Shown here: piece by piece, positions 16,220-23,733 of the stretch
Layout: each line of letters starts with the position of its first letter
Numbering within the stretch: position 1 is the first letter of the stretch
IMG/VR virus record: IMGVR_UViG_3300020468_000072
Span: 1 to 24,145 of that record
Source of the DNA: a virus
Taxonomy: Duplodnaviria; Caudoviricetes
Reading direction: 5' to 3' (one strand)
Length of the DNA stretch: 24,145 nt
Notes under the pieces: generated by a model
What the model was told of the DNA's origin: nothing
What the model saw: the letters and a program-made list of their open reading frames with translations, nothing else
Databases searched by the model: none
Made by a program: the position numbers and the translations under genes

Positions 16220-16888
16220 TTACCTCCCTGATGTCCAAGGAACTATATGTTCTACCGTTATATCTCTATGTAAATTGTCTGCTTGTTTTGCACTTGATAA
16301 ATATCCCATCATCATTTGTGTAGATCGTTTAGCTTCTGCCATACCTTGATCACCTTTTATTATTGGCCCTGCAAGCATTGATGCTAAATGCCAAGACAAT
16401 GTAATAACAAATAAATCACTAAATATAGATGTGTCAGTAATTTTACTTTGATATCTCAACATTGCATTTTCTTGATTGGTATAAATATATGCTCCTTCTA
16501 CCGCAAATTGCTGCGGTGTATATTGTCCAGCTACAATTGTTGGTGCATAATTACTTGTTATACCTCCGGGAGTATCACCAGCAGACATTCTTGTAGCGTA
16601 ATCATTTTGTGATGATGGAGATATTATTGCAACAGGTGACATCATGTCAGCAGGTGCAGTATATGCATAATCCCATTGATCAAGAGTATTAGTTGTTAAT
16701 GCTAAATTTCCACGTTTAGAAGCAAAGTTCCAAGTATGCATTTGTAGCAAAGTGTTTCTTGCAATAGGATAAAACCGTGCAGCTTTTTCTGCTTGCGCTG
16801 ATCCTTCTGGTGGATTTATCGAAGCTATTGTTGCATCATCACCCAAGTGCGCTAGGGCAAGGTTGCAAATATCTACTTCAGTTGCCAT
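16220..16888 (-). CDS. Tail adaptor / tail tubular protein A (T7 gp11-like)
   Basis: MATEVDICNLALAHLG, HTWNFA, WDYAYTAPAD, LSWHLASMLA motifs typical of podovirus adaptors; AGGAG SD. Confidence 0.85.
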   Translation of the reverse strand: MATEVDICNLALAHLGDDATIASINPPEGSAQAEKAARFYPIARNTLLQMHTWNFASKRGNLALTTNTLDQWDYAYTAPADMMSPVAIISPSSQNDYATRMSAGDTPGGITSNYAPTIVAGQYTPQQFAVEGAYIYTNQENAMLRYQSKITDTSIFSDLFVITLSWHLASMLAGPIIKGDQGMAEAKRSTQMMMGYLSSAKQADNLHRDITVEHIVPWTSGR

Positions 16889-16900
16889 TACATCTCCTAT

Positions 16901-16937
16901 AAAAAGAGGAGGATAGCAGTAATACTACTAGCCCCCT
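16901..16937 (-). terminator. Rho-independent terminator after the capsid module
   Basis: Minus strand AGGGGGCTAGTAGT-ATT-ACTGCTATCCTCCT followed by CTTTTT; 14-position stem with two G-U pairs and one mismatch. Confidence 0.75.
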
Positions 16938-16961
16938 GTATGTCAAATAAGAAGACTTAGC

Positions 16962-17255
16962 CTATTTATTAGCTGCTTCAAGTTGTTTAATTAAAGTATC
17001 TTTTGTTTGTCTTCTATCAAGTTCAATACCGATAGAACGACCATAAACTTCAAGTTCTGCTTTAGTCATCAATTCTAAATTAGTTGTCTTAACTTCAGCT
17101 TCCACAGGTGTAGTAGACGCTACAGGTGGTTGAGGTTCTTGACCACTAACTAATTCAAGATGCTTGCAAAATTCTCCGTTATACTCAAATTCTTCGCCAA
17201 TTTCTCGTAATGATTGACCAACGAAACACTTGATTTTAGCTTTGTAAATAGGCAT
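16962..17255 (-). CDS. Hypothetical head-region protein with a C-terminal Rho-N/HeH-like helical motif
   Basis: 97 aa; short beta-rich N-terminal part, Pro/Thr linker, MTKAELEVYGRSIGIELDRRQTKDTLIKQL. Confidence 0.6.
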   Translation of the reverse strand: MPIYKAKIKCFVGQSLREIGEEFEYNGEFCKHLELVSGQEPQPPVASTTPVEAEVKTTNLELMTKAELEVYGRSIGIELDRRQTKDTLIKQLEAANK

Positions 17256-17269
17256 AAGTCATTTTTAAT

Positions 17270-17701
17270 TTAAGCTACGGTAAAGCCAGAAGCATAGAAC
17301 TTTCTACCGTCACCGATTGTTTCTACTATATCAGCAGTAACTTTACCAGCGTTAAAAGTACCAGCAATTGTGTATCTAGCACCAAGGTATCTTTGACCTT
17401 TGCCAGCAATTTCTGGGTTTAAACGTACTACTACGTTTTTACCAACTGTAAGTGCTGCTGTAAGAATAGCATCGCTGCTGCCTATAACAGTAGGACTTCC
17501 CAAGTTTGCACTTGCACTGGTAATAACTTCAAATTTTACGCTTGTACCATTTGCTAATGCAGTAGTAACGGCAAAATTCATGTATAAAGCAGTACCTTCA
17601 CCCATGTCTCTAGCAACACTTAAATCAACAGTGTTTGTAGAAACAGCAGTTGTAGTAAGTGCTTGATCTTCGCTCACTCTGAGCAATGCATCTGTAATCA
17701 T
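17270..17701 (-). CDS. Capsid cement/decoration protein (BPP-1 Bbp16-like)
   Basis: 143 aa, beta-rich; MITDALL...STNTVDL...RYLGARYT...GKVTA...YASGF; directly after the capsid gene; AAGGAG SD. Confidence 0.8.
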   Translation of the reverse strand: MITDALLRVSEDQALTTTAVSTNTVDLSVARDMGEGTALYMNFAVTTALANGTSVKFEVITSASANLGSPTVIGSSDAILTAALTVGKNVVVRLNPEIAGKGQRYLGARYTIAGTFNAGKVTADIVETIGDGRKFYASGFTVA

Positions 17702-17728
17702 TTTGAATCTCCTTTAATAATAAATGGG

Positions 17729-18748
17729 TTAACTTACCGCAGCTTCGGTATTAATTAGCGCATCTACTCTTCTTAGAGGAACACCTAAGAATGATAAGTA
17801 GCTTTGTGCTGTACCAAACTGTGATAAACCTTCTTGGATGGCTAATACAGATTGTGACTTATCAAGTGCTGCGATTGATAAACCTGAGTGAACAGTTCTG
17901 TTCATGTAGAACGCTGCTCTTCCCATAGCCATATTAGGAATTCTGTATAATGCTCTAGCCATTAATTTGATAAGAGCAGTAGATGTAGTGGATGCTTGAG
18001 TTCCAGTACTTCCTAAAAGGTCAGAAATGTCAATGTTACAAATACGAACAACGTATCTCCAATCTTTAACAACCAAACCGTTTTTCCATTGGTAACGAGT
18101 AGCAAAAGCTTGTAGCCTTGTACCGTCACTGTTGTAAACAGTTTGCTCACCTAGATCTTCGTGTGTTAAACCTGCCTTAGATCCTTTAGGGAAAGGACAA
18201 TAAACAGTATTATCACCCCAAACTACTAGATATACAGAAGCATTATCAGAACCTGATCCACCTGCATTAAGGATGTTTACTGCGTTATCCGCTGAAAGAT
18301 CACCGTATCTTGGCGCTAGACCTAGAAACTTTTTAGGATCTGTTCCGGGATTACCGTAGAACATTGTTTCTGCCTGAGTCTGGTTCATTGCTTCTAAGAA
18401 AGCAGTGTCTTCAGATAGACGGAATTGTGCAGTGTTACCATTTAACATTGCTAAGTCTTTATCAACTTCAGATCTTGCTTCTAGAATTCCACAAGCTTCA
18501 TCGATCTGTGCTGTTGTTGACTTAGTTGATGGAATACCTTGGTTTAATGCTCTCCAATAAACTCCGGGTAGTCCTGTTCTAATAACTACACGTTCTCCAG
18601 TAGGTAAGTTACCTTCTTTAAAAACGCAGTCATCTAGTATTTCGTTTGACTGTGATAACAGTTCTGCAACGATTGGAACTCTACCGTCTGGGTCGCTTCG
18701 TTTTGCCCAATCCGCTAGGGTTAAATTTGAATTTGAAAGTGTAGCCAT
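17729..18748 (-). CDS. Major capsid protein (BPP-1 Bbp17-like HK97-type fold)
   Basis: 339 aa; LTLADWAKR, IVAELLSQSNEIL, RTGLP...WRALNQG, GLVVKDWRYVVRICNID, FLGVPLRRVDAL; AGGAG SD. Confidence 0.92.
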   Translation of the reverse strand: MATLSNSNLTLADWAKRSDPDGRVPIVAELLSQSNEILDDCVFKEGNLPTGERVVIRTGLPGVYWRALNQGIPSTKSTTAQIDEACGILEARSEVDKDLAMLNGNTAQFRLSEDTAFLEAMNQTQAETMFYGNPGTDPKKFLGLAPRYGDLSADNAVNILNAGGSGSDNASVYLVVWGDNTVYCPFPKGSKAGLTHEDLGEQTVYNSDGTRLQAFATRYQWKNGLVVKDWRYVVRICNIDISDLLGSTGTQASTTSTALIKLMARALYRIPNMAMGRAAFYMNRTVHSGLSIAALDKSQSVLAIQEGLSQFGTAQSYLSFLGVPLRRVDALINTEAAVS

Positions 18749-18762
18749 TAATAACTCCTGAC

Positions 18763-19446
18763 TTAATTTTGCTGATTAGAATACAGTGCGTTTGCTATAC
18801 CGTTAAAATCTTTTGGAATACTATTGCCTTTGGCATTAGCACCTTGAGAATTACCAACATAACTGTCTTCACTGATTGCCTTACCTGCTCTGTACATAAA
18901 CCTGATTATCTCAGGATGATTTCCAAAGCCTGTCTCTTGTAGCAGCGACTTAAAAGCATCAGTACCAAAAGCATCTAAAGCTTGTTTAGCAACATCAAGA
19001 TTTTCGTTTAACGCTTCACCACCAAATTCTTCATCTGATTGTGATTCGTTTGCCCAATCTGCTCTTACTTGCTCTAGCATTTTGGCTTGCCTTTCCTGTA
19101 TTACAGGGGCAACTTTGTTTAATACTTTTTGTGCATCTTCTTGTGGCAGGTCAAGTTCTTTAGCGACATCACCGAAAGCAGTTAATACTTCGGGGTCGAG
19201 TTCTTGCGGTGCGTCAGCCACCTTAGACTCAAACTCGTAATTTTCAGGTGCGCCTTTTACAACTTCCTGATCGCTAGTTTCACTTTCAACAGCGGTTTCA
19301 TCCGAAACTTGTTGATCCTGTACACTCGTAGCTTGCTGCTCAGTTTCAGTAGTTGCATTAACTGATTGCTCAGTTGTACCGTCTACTGGTTGCTGTGTGT
19401 CACCTTCATTTGATTGGTTGGCTTCCGTCATCAGCATCTCTGACAT
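18763..19446 (-). CDS. Capsid scaffolding protein (Bbp18-like)
   Basis: 227 aa; acidic low-complexity N-terminus, APENYEF, GFGNHPEIIRFMYRAGKAISED; just upstream of the capsid gene; AAGGAG SD. Confidence 0.8.
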   Translation of the reverse strand: MSEMLMTEANQSNEGDTQQPVDGTTEQSVNATTETEQQATSVQDQQVSDETAVESETSDQEVVKGAPENYEFESKVADAPQELDPEVLTAFGDVAKELDLPQEDAQKVLNKVAPVIQERQAKMLEQVRADWANESQSDEEFGGEALNENLDVAKQALDAFGTDAFKSLLQETGFGNHPEIIRFMYRAGKAISEDSYVGNSQGANAKGNSIPKDFNGIANALYSNQQN

Positions 19447-19750
19447 TTTTTTGCTCCTTGATCATTGTCGGATATAGTTCTGGGCAGAGAGTGTGAATTA
19501 AGTTAAGGATTTGCAAACCATAGTTTCTGTTACCTTCGCTAAATGACATTGCCATTGCGTTGGTGTTAAACGATGATCGAAATACACCTGCTTGTTCCAG
19601 AAGTCTCCAGATTAATCTGCGACCCCTCTTGCTGCTCATGAGCCATTTTATATCCGATTCTTCGTTCTGTCGGTCAATTCTTTCTTCGGACTTTTTATTG
19701 TCTTTAGATTTCTGTTGACTTTTAAGATCGAGAGGATTGTATTCGCTCAT
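19406..19750 (-). CDS. Bbp19-like phage protein
   Basis: 114 aa; DIKWLMSSKRGRRLIWRLLEQAGVFRSSF...MSFSEGNRNYGL; overlaps the scaffold start by 41 nt. Confidence 0.78.
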   Translation of the reverse strand: MSEYNPLDLKSQQKSKDNKKSEERIDRQNEESDIKWLMSSKRGRRLIWRLLEQAGVFRSSFNTNAMAMSFSEGNRNYGLQILNLIHTLCPELYPTMIKEQKNVRDADDGSQPIK

Positions 19751-19755
19751 GCTCT

Positions 19756-19789
19756 AATATATCTAGTCACTACGGTATTACGGTCACAC
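19756..19789 (-). promoter_or_regulatory. Putative phage late promoter, copy 3 (scaffold/capsid operon)
   Basis: GTGTGACCGTAA (19789-19778), 16 bp, TATATT (19761-19756), 5 nt before the ATG at 19750. Confidence 0.78.
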
Positions 19790-19951
19790 CTAACCATACA
19801 GCTTCTTAGCCATTTCTTCTTTACTAGTTCTTTTTGCTTTTTTAAATGCTCCATCAGTTGGCGCACCCTTTTGTCCTTTTTTACGCATACGTTCACCAGA
19901 ACCATCTTTAATTCTTTTACGTTTTGCGTGAATGTTTTCGTATAAACTCAT
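19790..19951 (-). CDS. Small basic protein, 53 aa (below the ORF-track cutoff)
   Basis: MSLYENIHAKRKRIKDGSGERMRKKGQKGAPTDGAFKKAKRTSKEEMAKKLYG*; starts 2 nt after the upstream stop; from memory resembles a small basic protein family common in marine phages. Confidence 0.8.
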   Translation of the reverse strand: MSLYENIHAKRKRIKDGSGERMRKKGQKGAPTDGAFKKAKRTSKEEMAKKLYG

Positions 19952-19953
19952 GA

Positions 19954-20112
19954 TTAAAACATTGATGGATAAAGTGTTCTAAGTTTTTCTAAATCTTTTT
20001 TATCTTTTTCTGATGCCATACCTGCATCCATTTTAGTTTTTATTAATTGTATTTTTCTTCTTTGTATCGTTGTTATAACACCTTCTTTGCTTTCTTTTTT
20101 CTTACCGAACAT
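19954..20112 (-). CDS. Small Lys-rich protein, 52 aa (below the ORF-track cutoff)
   Basis: MFGKKKESKEGVITTIQRRKIQLIKTKMDAGMASEKDKKDLEKLRTLYPSMF*; TAATG stop/start overlap with the upstream ORF. Confidence 0.7.
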   Translation of the reverse strand: MFGKKKESKEGVITTIQRRKIQLIKTKMDAGMASEKDKKDLEKLRTLYPSMF

Positions 20113-20279
20113 TATTTTTTACCCCCATACAATTTGTCTGCAATTTGTTGCAATCTTGACTTACCTTTATCTTTATTTTTATTTTTTTTATCTTCTTTTT
20201 CTTTTTTATCTTTTTCAATCATCTCTCTAAACCTTTTTTTGTAGTCAGGAGACATCTTTGTAAAGTTTGGATTTTCCAT
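20112..20279 (-). CDS. Small Lys-rich protein, 55 aa (below the ORF-track cutoff)
   Basis: MENPNFTKMSPDYKKRFREMIEKDKKEKEDKKNKNKDKGKSRLQQIADKLYGGKK*; AGGA SD overlapping the upstream TAG. Confidence 0.72.
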   Translation of the reverse strand: MENPNFTKMSPDYKKRFREMIEKDKKEKEDKKNKNKDKGKSRLQQIADKLYGGKK

Positions 20280-20288
20280 AATAAATTC

Positions 20289-20651
20289 CTATGCTAAATA
20301 AGTTGTGGTATTAGCAACAGGTGTTGCCTTTGGTGGGGCAGATGCCTTCTCACCATACAATCCATCAGCTTGATCACCACTTTTATCAAATGGTTCTATA
20401 CCCATTGCAGTTATTTGTAGCTCTACATTCTGCTCAACACCATCTTTTTCTTTACTTTCTCTAACAGTTTTGACATAAGTAATAGCTTTAATCATCATTT
20501 CGCTACCAGCTTCTGGTAATTTTTCTATACCTAACTTTTCTAACTCTTGTCTACCTAACGATATACACAAACCGTAGCTATACATCGGCTCTTCGTACAT
20601 TTCATTGCTGTCAATAGGTTGTGGGTCTTTTTTTAAATCAATTAAATCCAT
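20289..20651 (-). CDS. Conserved hypothetical head-region protein
   Basis: 120 aa; YSYGLCISL...LEKLGI..LP..G...VELQITAM; ATG abuts the portal stop (TAAATG), with a GGAGGT SD. Confidence 0.7.
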   Translation of the reverse strand: MDLIDLKKDPQPIDSNEMYEEPMYSYGLCISLGRQELEKLGIEKLPEAGSEMMIKAITYVKTVRESKEKDGVEQNVELQITAMGIEPFDKSGDQADGLYGEKASAPPKATPVANTTTYLA

Positions 20652-22331
20652 TTATACCTCCAATGGTGTTGGTGAATTGTAGCCACTAAACTGACCTACT
20701 ACATCCATCATAGATGGTTCACCAGTTTTAGAATTATTTAACTTAGTCATGTTTTCTACAGCTTCCTGTTGTGCTTCTCTTTGTGCCATTTGTTGCTGTG
20801 CTTGCGCTCTTTCCTGACGTATTCTTGCTACCTGCTTATCAGGCACAATTAATTCTGGATCAATACCTAGCATTTCTCCATATGCATTAGCCCATTTGTC
20901 AGAATCAAACTTATCAAGTACATCTGGCTTCATTTGTGCAATCATGCCCATAGAATTTGTATATCTATCAACACTATTAGTACCAATAGCACGTTGTGCT
21001 TGCGCCAACATAGATACGAACTCTACATTTAATTCAGTGCCTTGTAATTCTTCTGGTGCTGGTGGTACTAATCCAGCTTCTACCATTCTGTTAAACGTAT
21101 TATCAATTAATGGATCTAATAACTCATTATGTAACCGTTCTAATACTGGCCCTAACATAAGCAGCTTTTCTTCGTGACGTTCTGCTACTTCTGTTGCAGT
21201 CATTCTTGTATCAGTAGCATTAGCCAACATAAGAAACAAATCAGCATAAAAACTACTATTTATACGACCACGAACATCCTGTATGTCCTGTAATAAATGG
21301 TTTAGGTTTAAATTTACGTTAAATGCTGTCTCAATTTTGCCTTGTTGACCATCAATAAACGTAACTCCACCCGGTAAACTGTCTACATCTCTGTTTTTCA
21401 TGTAGCTAGGCACTTGTAATGGTGGTTTTGTTTGATAATCAATGCCCTGTGCCTTGCGTAATTGTTCATGCTGTAACTGTTTTACGTCACCTAATGCTTC
21501 CATTCCCGGTGAATTACCATAAACATCGCCACCTGCTATGCCCCATCTTGGAATAATGGCAGGGAAATCTCTAAATCCGCTTTCTCTTAACACCTGTTCA
21601 CCATCACCGCCTTGCTCAAAGTAACAAGACTTGTATTTCATGTTCATATTGTCTTTTTTCTTGTAGTCACGCTCTCTATCATCCCTTGGTTCTATCCCAT
21701 GAATAATAGTAATCCATTGATCTAGTGAACCCCTGTCGTACAGGTTCTTAACGGACGTTGAACATTTGTTATATCCAAACTCTCTTACAGTTTCTCCTAC
21801 TGTTTTTTGGAATTCTCTAAATAAAGTATTTACTCTGCCCTGATAATCAGTAGCAATTGCATATTCTCCTATCGTTACTGGGTAATGATGTATAGCATTC
21901 TTACTATCAGGTAAAACAATAGATCCAGCCGTACCAAATGCTCCAAGTTCTTCATAAATACCATGCAATGTTCGGTATGTATTGGACTTAGTAAACACTA
22001 ATTGCATACGTTCTGTTACATCAGATAGCCATAACTGCACTGGTGGAAACTTATTTAAGTCTGGATCTGTAGTTCCTAGCCTAAACCAAGGTCTTGCAGG
22101 GGATGTTGCACCTGCCATCATGCCAGCACCTAGTGTTCTTAATGCTCTTGTACCAGTATTGTCGTATATCGAGTTATGTCTTCTATGACCTTTGTTTCTA
22201 TCCTGTTCAAAATAACGTCCGTTCCTTGGTAATAGATATGTAGTGACTTCTTGCCAATGTGACCACCAAGTAGCCCTCTCTGATCTGAGATGACCCCACC
22301 TCGTCAACAGTTGTTGTCTCTTGGTTTTCAT
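20652..22331 (-). CDS. Portal / head-tail connector protein (T7 gp8 / Bbp21 family)
   Basis: 559 aa; TSPARPWFRL, YGNSPGMEALGD, MTATEVAERHEEKLLMLGPVLERL, EFVSMLAQAQR. Confidence 0.93.
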   Translation of the reverse strand: MKTKRQQLLTRWGHLRSERATWWSHWQEVTTYLLPRNGRYFEQDRNKGHRRHNSIYDNTGTRALRTLGAGMMAGATSPARPWFRLGTTDPDLNKFPPVQLWLSDVTERMQLVFTKSNTYRTLHGIYEELGAFGTAGSIVLPDSKNAIHHYPVTIGEYAIATDYQGRVNTLFREFQKTVGETVREFGYNKCSTSVKNLYDRGSLDQWITIIHGIEPRDDRERDYKKKDNMNMKYKSCYFEQGGDGEQVLRESGFRDFPAIIPRWGIAGGDVYGNSPGMEALGDVKQLQHEQLRKAQGIDYQTKPPLQVPSYMKNRDVDSLPGGVTFIDGQQGKIETAFNVNLNLNHLLQDIQDVRGRINSSFYADLFLMLANATDTRMTATEVAERHEEKLLMLGPVLERLHNELLDPLIDNTFNRMVEAGLVPPAPEELQGTELNVEFVSMLAQAQRAIGTNSVDRYTNSMGMIAQMKPDVLDKFDSDKWANAYGEMLGIDPELIVPDKQVARIRQERAQAQQQMAQREAQQEAVENMTKLNNSKTGEPSMMDVVGQFSGYNSPTPLEV

Positions 22332-22334
22332 TGA

Positions 22335-22658
22335 TTAACCGCCTAATAATGTGTTGCCACCTAGATTTAAATCTTCACCTGCTACACCGCCTTGACCAGT
22401 AAGCAATGTACCACCGCCACCTTCTCCTTGCCTTGCTTCAATACCTGCATTAATACCACTAACGTCTGCTGCCTTTCTATTGGCTTTGTTTTGTGCAACT
22501 TCGTTAGCTTCTTGTGTTTTTTCTGCTTGTGCAGCAGCTTTTTGGTTAGCAGATTTTTGTTCAGCTAATTGTCTTTCTTGTTGTTTCTGTTGCTGTCTAC
22601 CTTGAACATACTGAACTGCGGTACTGGCAACTGTGGCAACGATGGCTGTGACTACCAT
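22335..22658 (-). CDS. Small virion protein upstream of the portal (T7 gp7.3-like position)
   Basis: 107 aa; hydrophobic N-terminus, Q/A coiled coil, C-terminal TLLTG...TLLGG; AAGGAG SD. Confidence 0.65.
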   Translation of the reverse strand: MVVTAIVATVASTAVQYVQGRQQQKQQERQLAEQKSANQKAAAQAEKTQEANEVAQNKANRKAADVSGINAGIEARQGEGGGGTLLTGQGGVAGEDLNLGGNTLLGG

Positions 22659-22660
22659 TT

Positions 22661-23170
22661 TTAAATCTCCTTAGAATACATGATTTCTTGTACACCATAT
22701 TTTAATTTTGGTAGCAATTTTGCTAAAGCGGTGTTTTCTTTAGCGTGCCATAACATAAGTTTACAGCCTTCAGATCTAGCATGATCTTCTGTTGCCTTTA
22801 ACAAACGTAAACCTAATCGTCCACCCCGAAGTTCTTTTTTGACAAACAAAATGTCATTCTGGGCAATCCTTAGATCAGCATAATGCAAGTGATGCATCAT
22901 TATGTTCATAGAATATCCAATACAGACATTATCTTGCATTGCTACATAGACAAATAACCAACCTGTTGAATCAAGTGCTTCATACAGTTTGTAGTTTGGC
23001 TTTAGTTTCATTATTTGTTTGTTGCGAGCAATCTCTTCGTAATGCTCTTCAAATAATGATTTTGCTAAAACAACAAATTCATCGTAGGTGCAGAGTTTAA
23101 TCTCTGTTTTTGGTACTCTACTTTCGTTTACAGTAGCTTTACTATCATTAGTTACGGTCACACTAGTCAT
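22661..23170 (-). CDS. GNAT-family acetyltransferase
   Basis: DILFVKKELRGGRLGLRLL (acetyl-CoA binding motif A), ARSEGCKLMLW; ATGA overlap with the upstream gene. Confidence 0.8.
   Translation of the reverse strand: MTSVTVTNDSKATVNESRVPKTEIKLCTYDEFVVLAKSLFEEHYEEIARNKQIMKLKPNYKLYEALDSTGWLFVYVAMQDNVCIGYSMNIMMHHLHYADLRIAQNDILFVKKELRGGRLGLRLLKATEDHARSEGCKLMLWHAKENTALAKLLPKLKYGVQEIMYSKEI
23130..23163 (-). promoter_or_regulatory. Putative phage late promoter, copy 4 (inside the 5' end of the GNAT ORF)
   Basis: GTGTGACCGTAA (23163-23152), 16 bp, TACTGT (23135-23130). Confidence 0.65.
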
Positions 23171-23733
23171 AAAGGATATTTAGTTACACAATCAAATATT
23201 ATATGCACTCTGTCTGTAGTGCCAACATTGTCCGCTGTATGCATTTTCTTATGGTTAAACCACCAAACGTCACCTACCTCAAACTTTTGTTTCTGATCTC
23301 CGCAGGTTTGGCTACACCACTCGTTAGATGTGACTACTAAATGAAATCTGGAGTAATGATCTGCATACGTTCCTTGGTCGTTATGTTTAGTTACATGACC
23401 ACCATGTTTAAGATTAACTATAAGTACCCTACCCATTTCTATTACTTCTAATTTTTCTAGTATTGGTCGCATTAATGGTACTAATGCATCCTTCAAATAC
23501 TTCATACTTGGGTAGTCATACGATCCTATGTCGTACATGACGTAGTAAGGAGTCATTTTTAGTGGCCCTCTAACGTATATTGACTCGGTATCTTTATGTG
23601 GTGTACCAGTAAAATGTTGACGGTGTTTTATTTCTTTCCATAACTCAGGTTTACCGTCCAACAATTGGAGTAATGGGTCTACATCTAGACCTTCTGCTAT
23701 ACGAACAAAGTTACATTCTGGTGTATGGGTCAT
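23167..23733 (-). CDS. Aspartyl/asparaginyl beta-hydroxylase-like 2OG-Fe(II) oxygenase
   Basis: HxD (KHND), RFHL, VWWFNHKKMH, DRVHIIFD; the start is probably ATG 23733 (AAGGAGG just upstream) rather than 23754. Confidence 0.85.
   Translation of the reverse strand: MTHTPECNFVRIAEGLDVDPLLQLLDGKPELWKEIKHRQHFTGTPHKDTESIYVRGPLKMTPYYVMYDIGSYDYPSMKYLKDALVPLMRPILEKLEVIEMGRVLIVNLKHGGHVTKHNDQGTYADHYSRFHLVVTSNEWCSQTCGDQKQKFEVGDVWWFNHKKMHTADNVGTTDRVHIIFDCVTKYPL

Noticed and set aside
16915-16946. TTGACA on the minus strand upstream of the adaptor gene
   Set aside because: No TAnnnT at 16-18 bp spacing; the region is better explained as a terminator.
17702-17760. T7 gp10A/10B-style frameshift extension of the capsid protein
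   Set aside because: No slippery sequence seen near the stop, and the cement gene has its own strong SD.
2665-22188. Remaining short plus-strand ORFs (e.g. 3544-3843, 6088-6525, 17400-17666, 19715-19945, 20047-20244, 20896-21177)
   Set aside because: All lie antisense to well-supported minus-strand genes and show no recognisable motifs.
2292-23163. The 12-bp repeat as a CRISPR repeat, att site or full CRP/NtcA site
   Set aside because: Copies are kilobases apart with fixed spacing to a -10 box; no conserved second half-site (TCACA, or TAC at N8 spacing).
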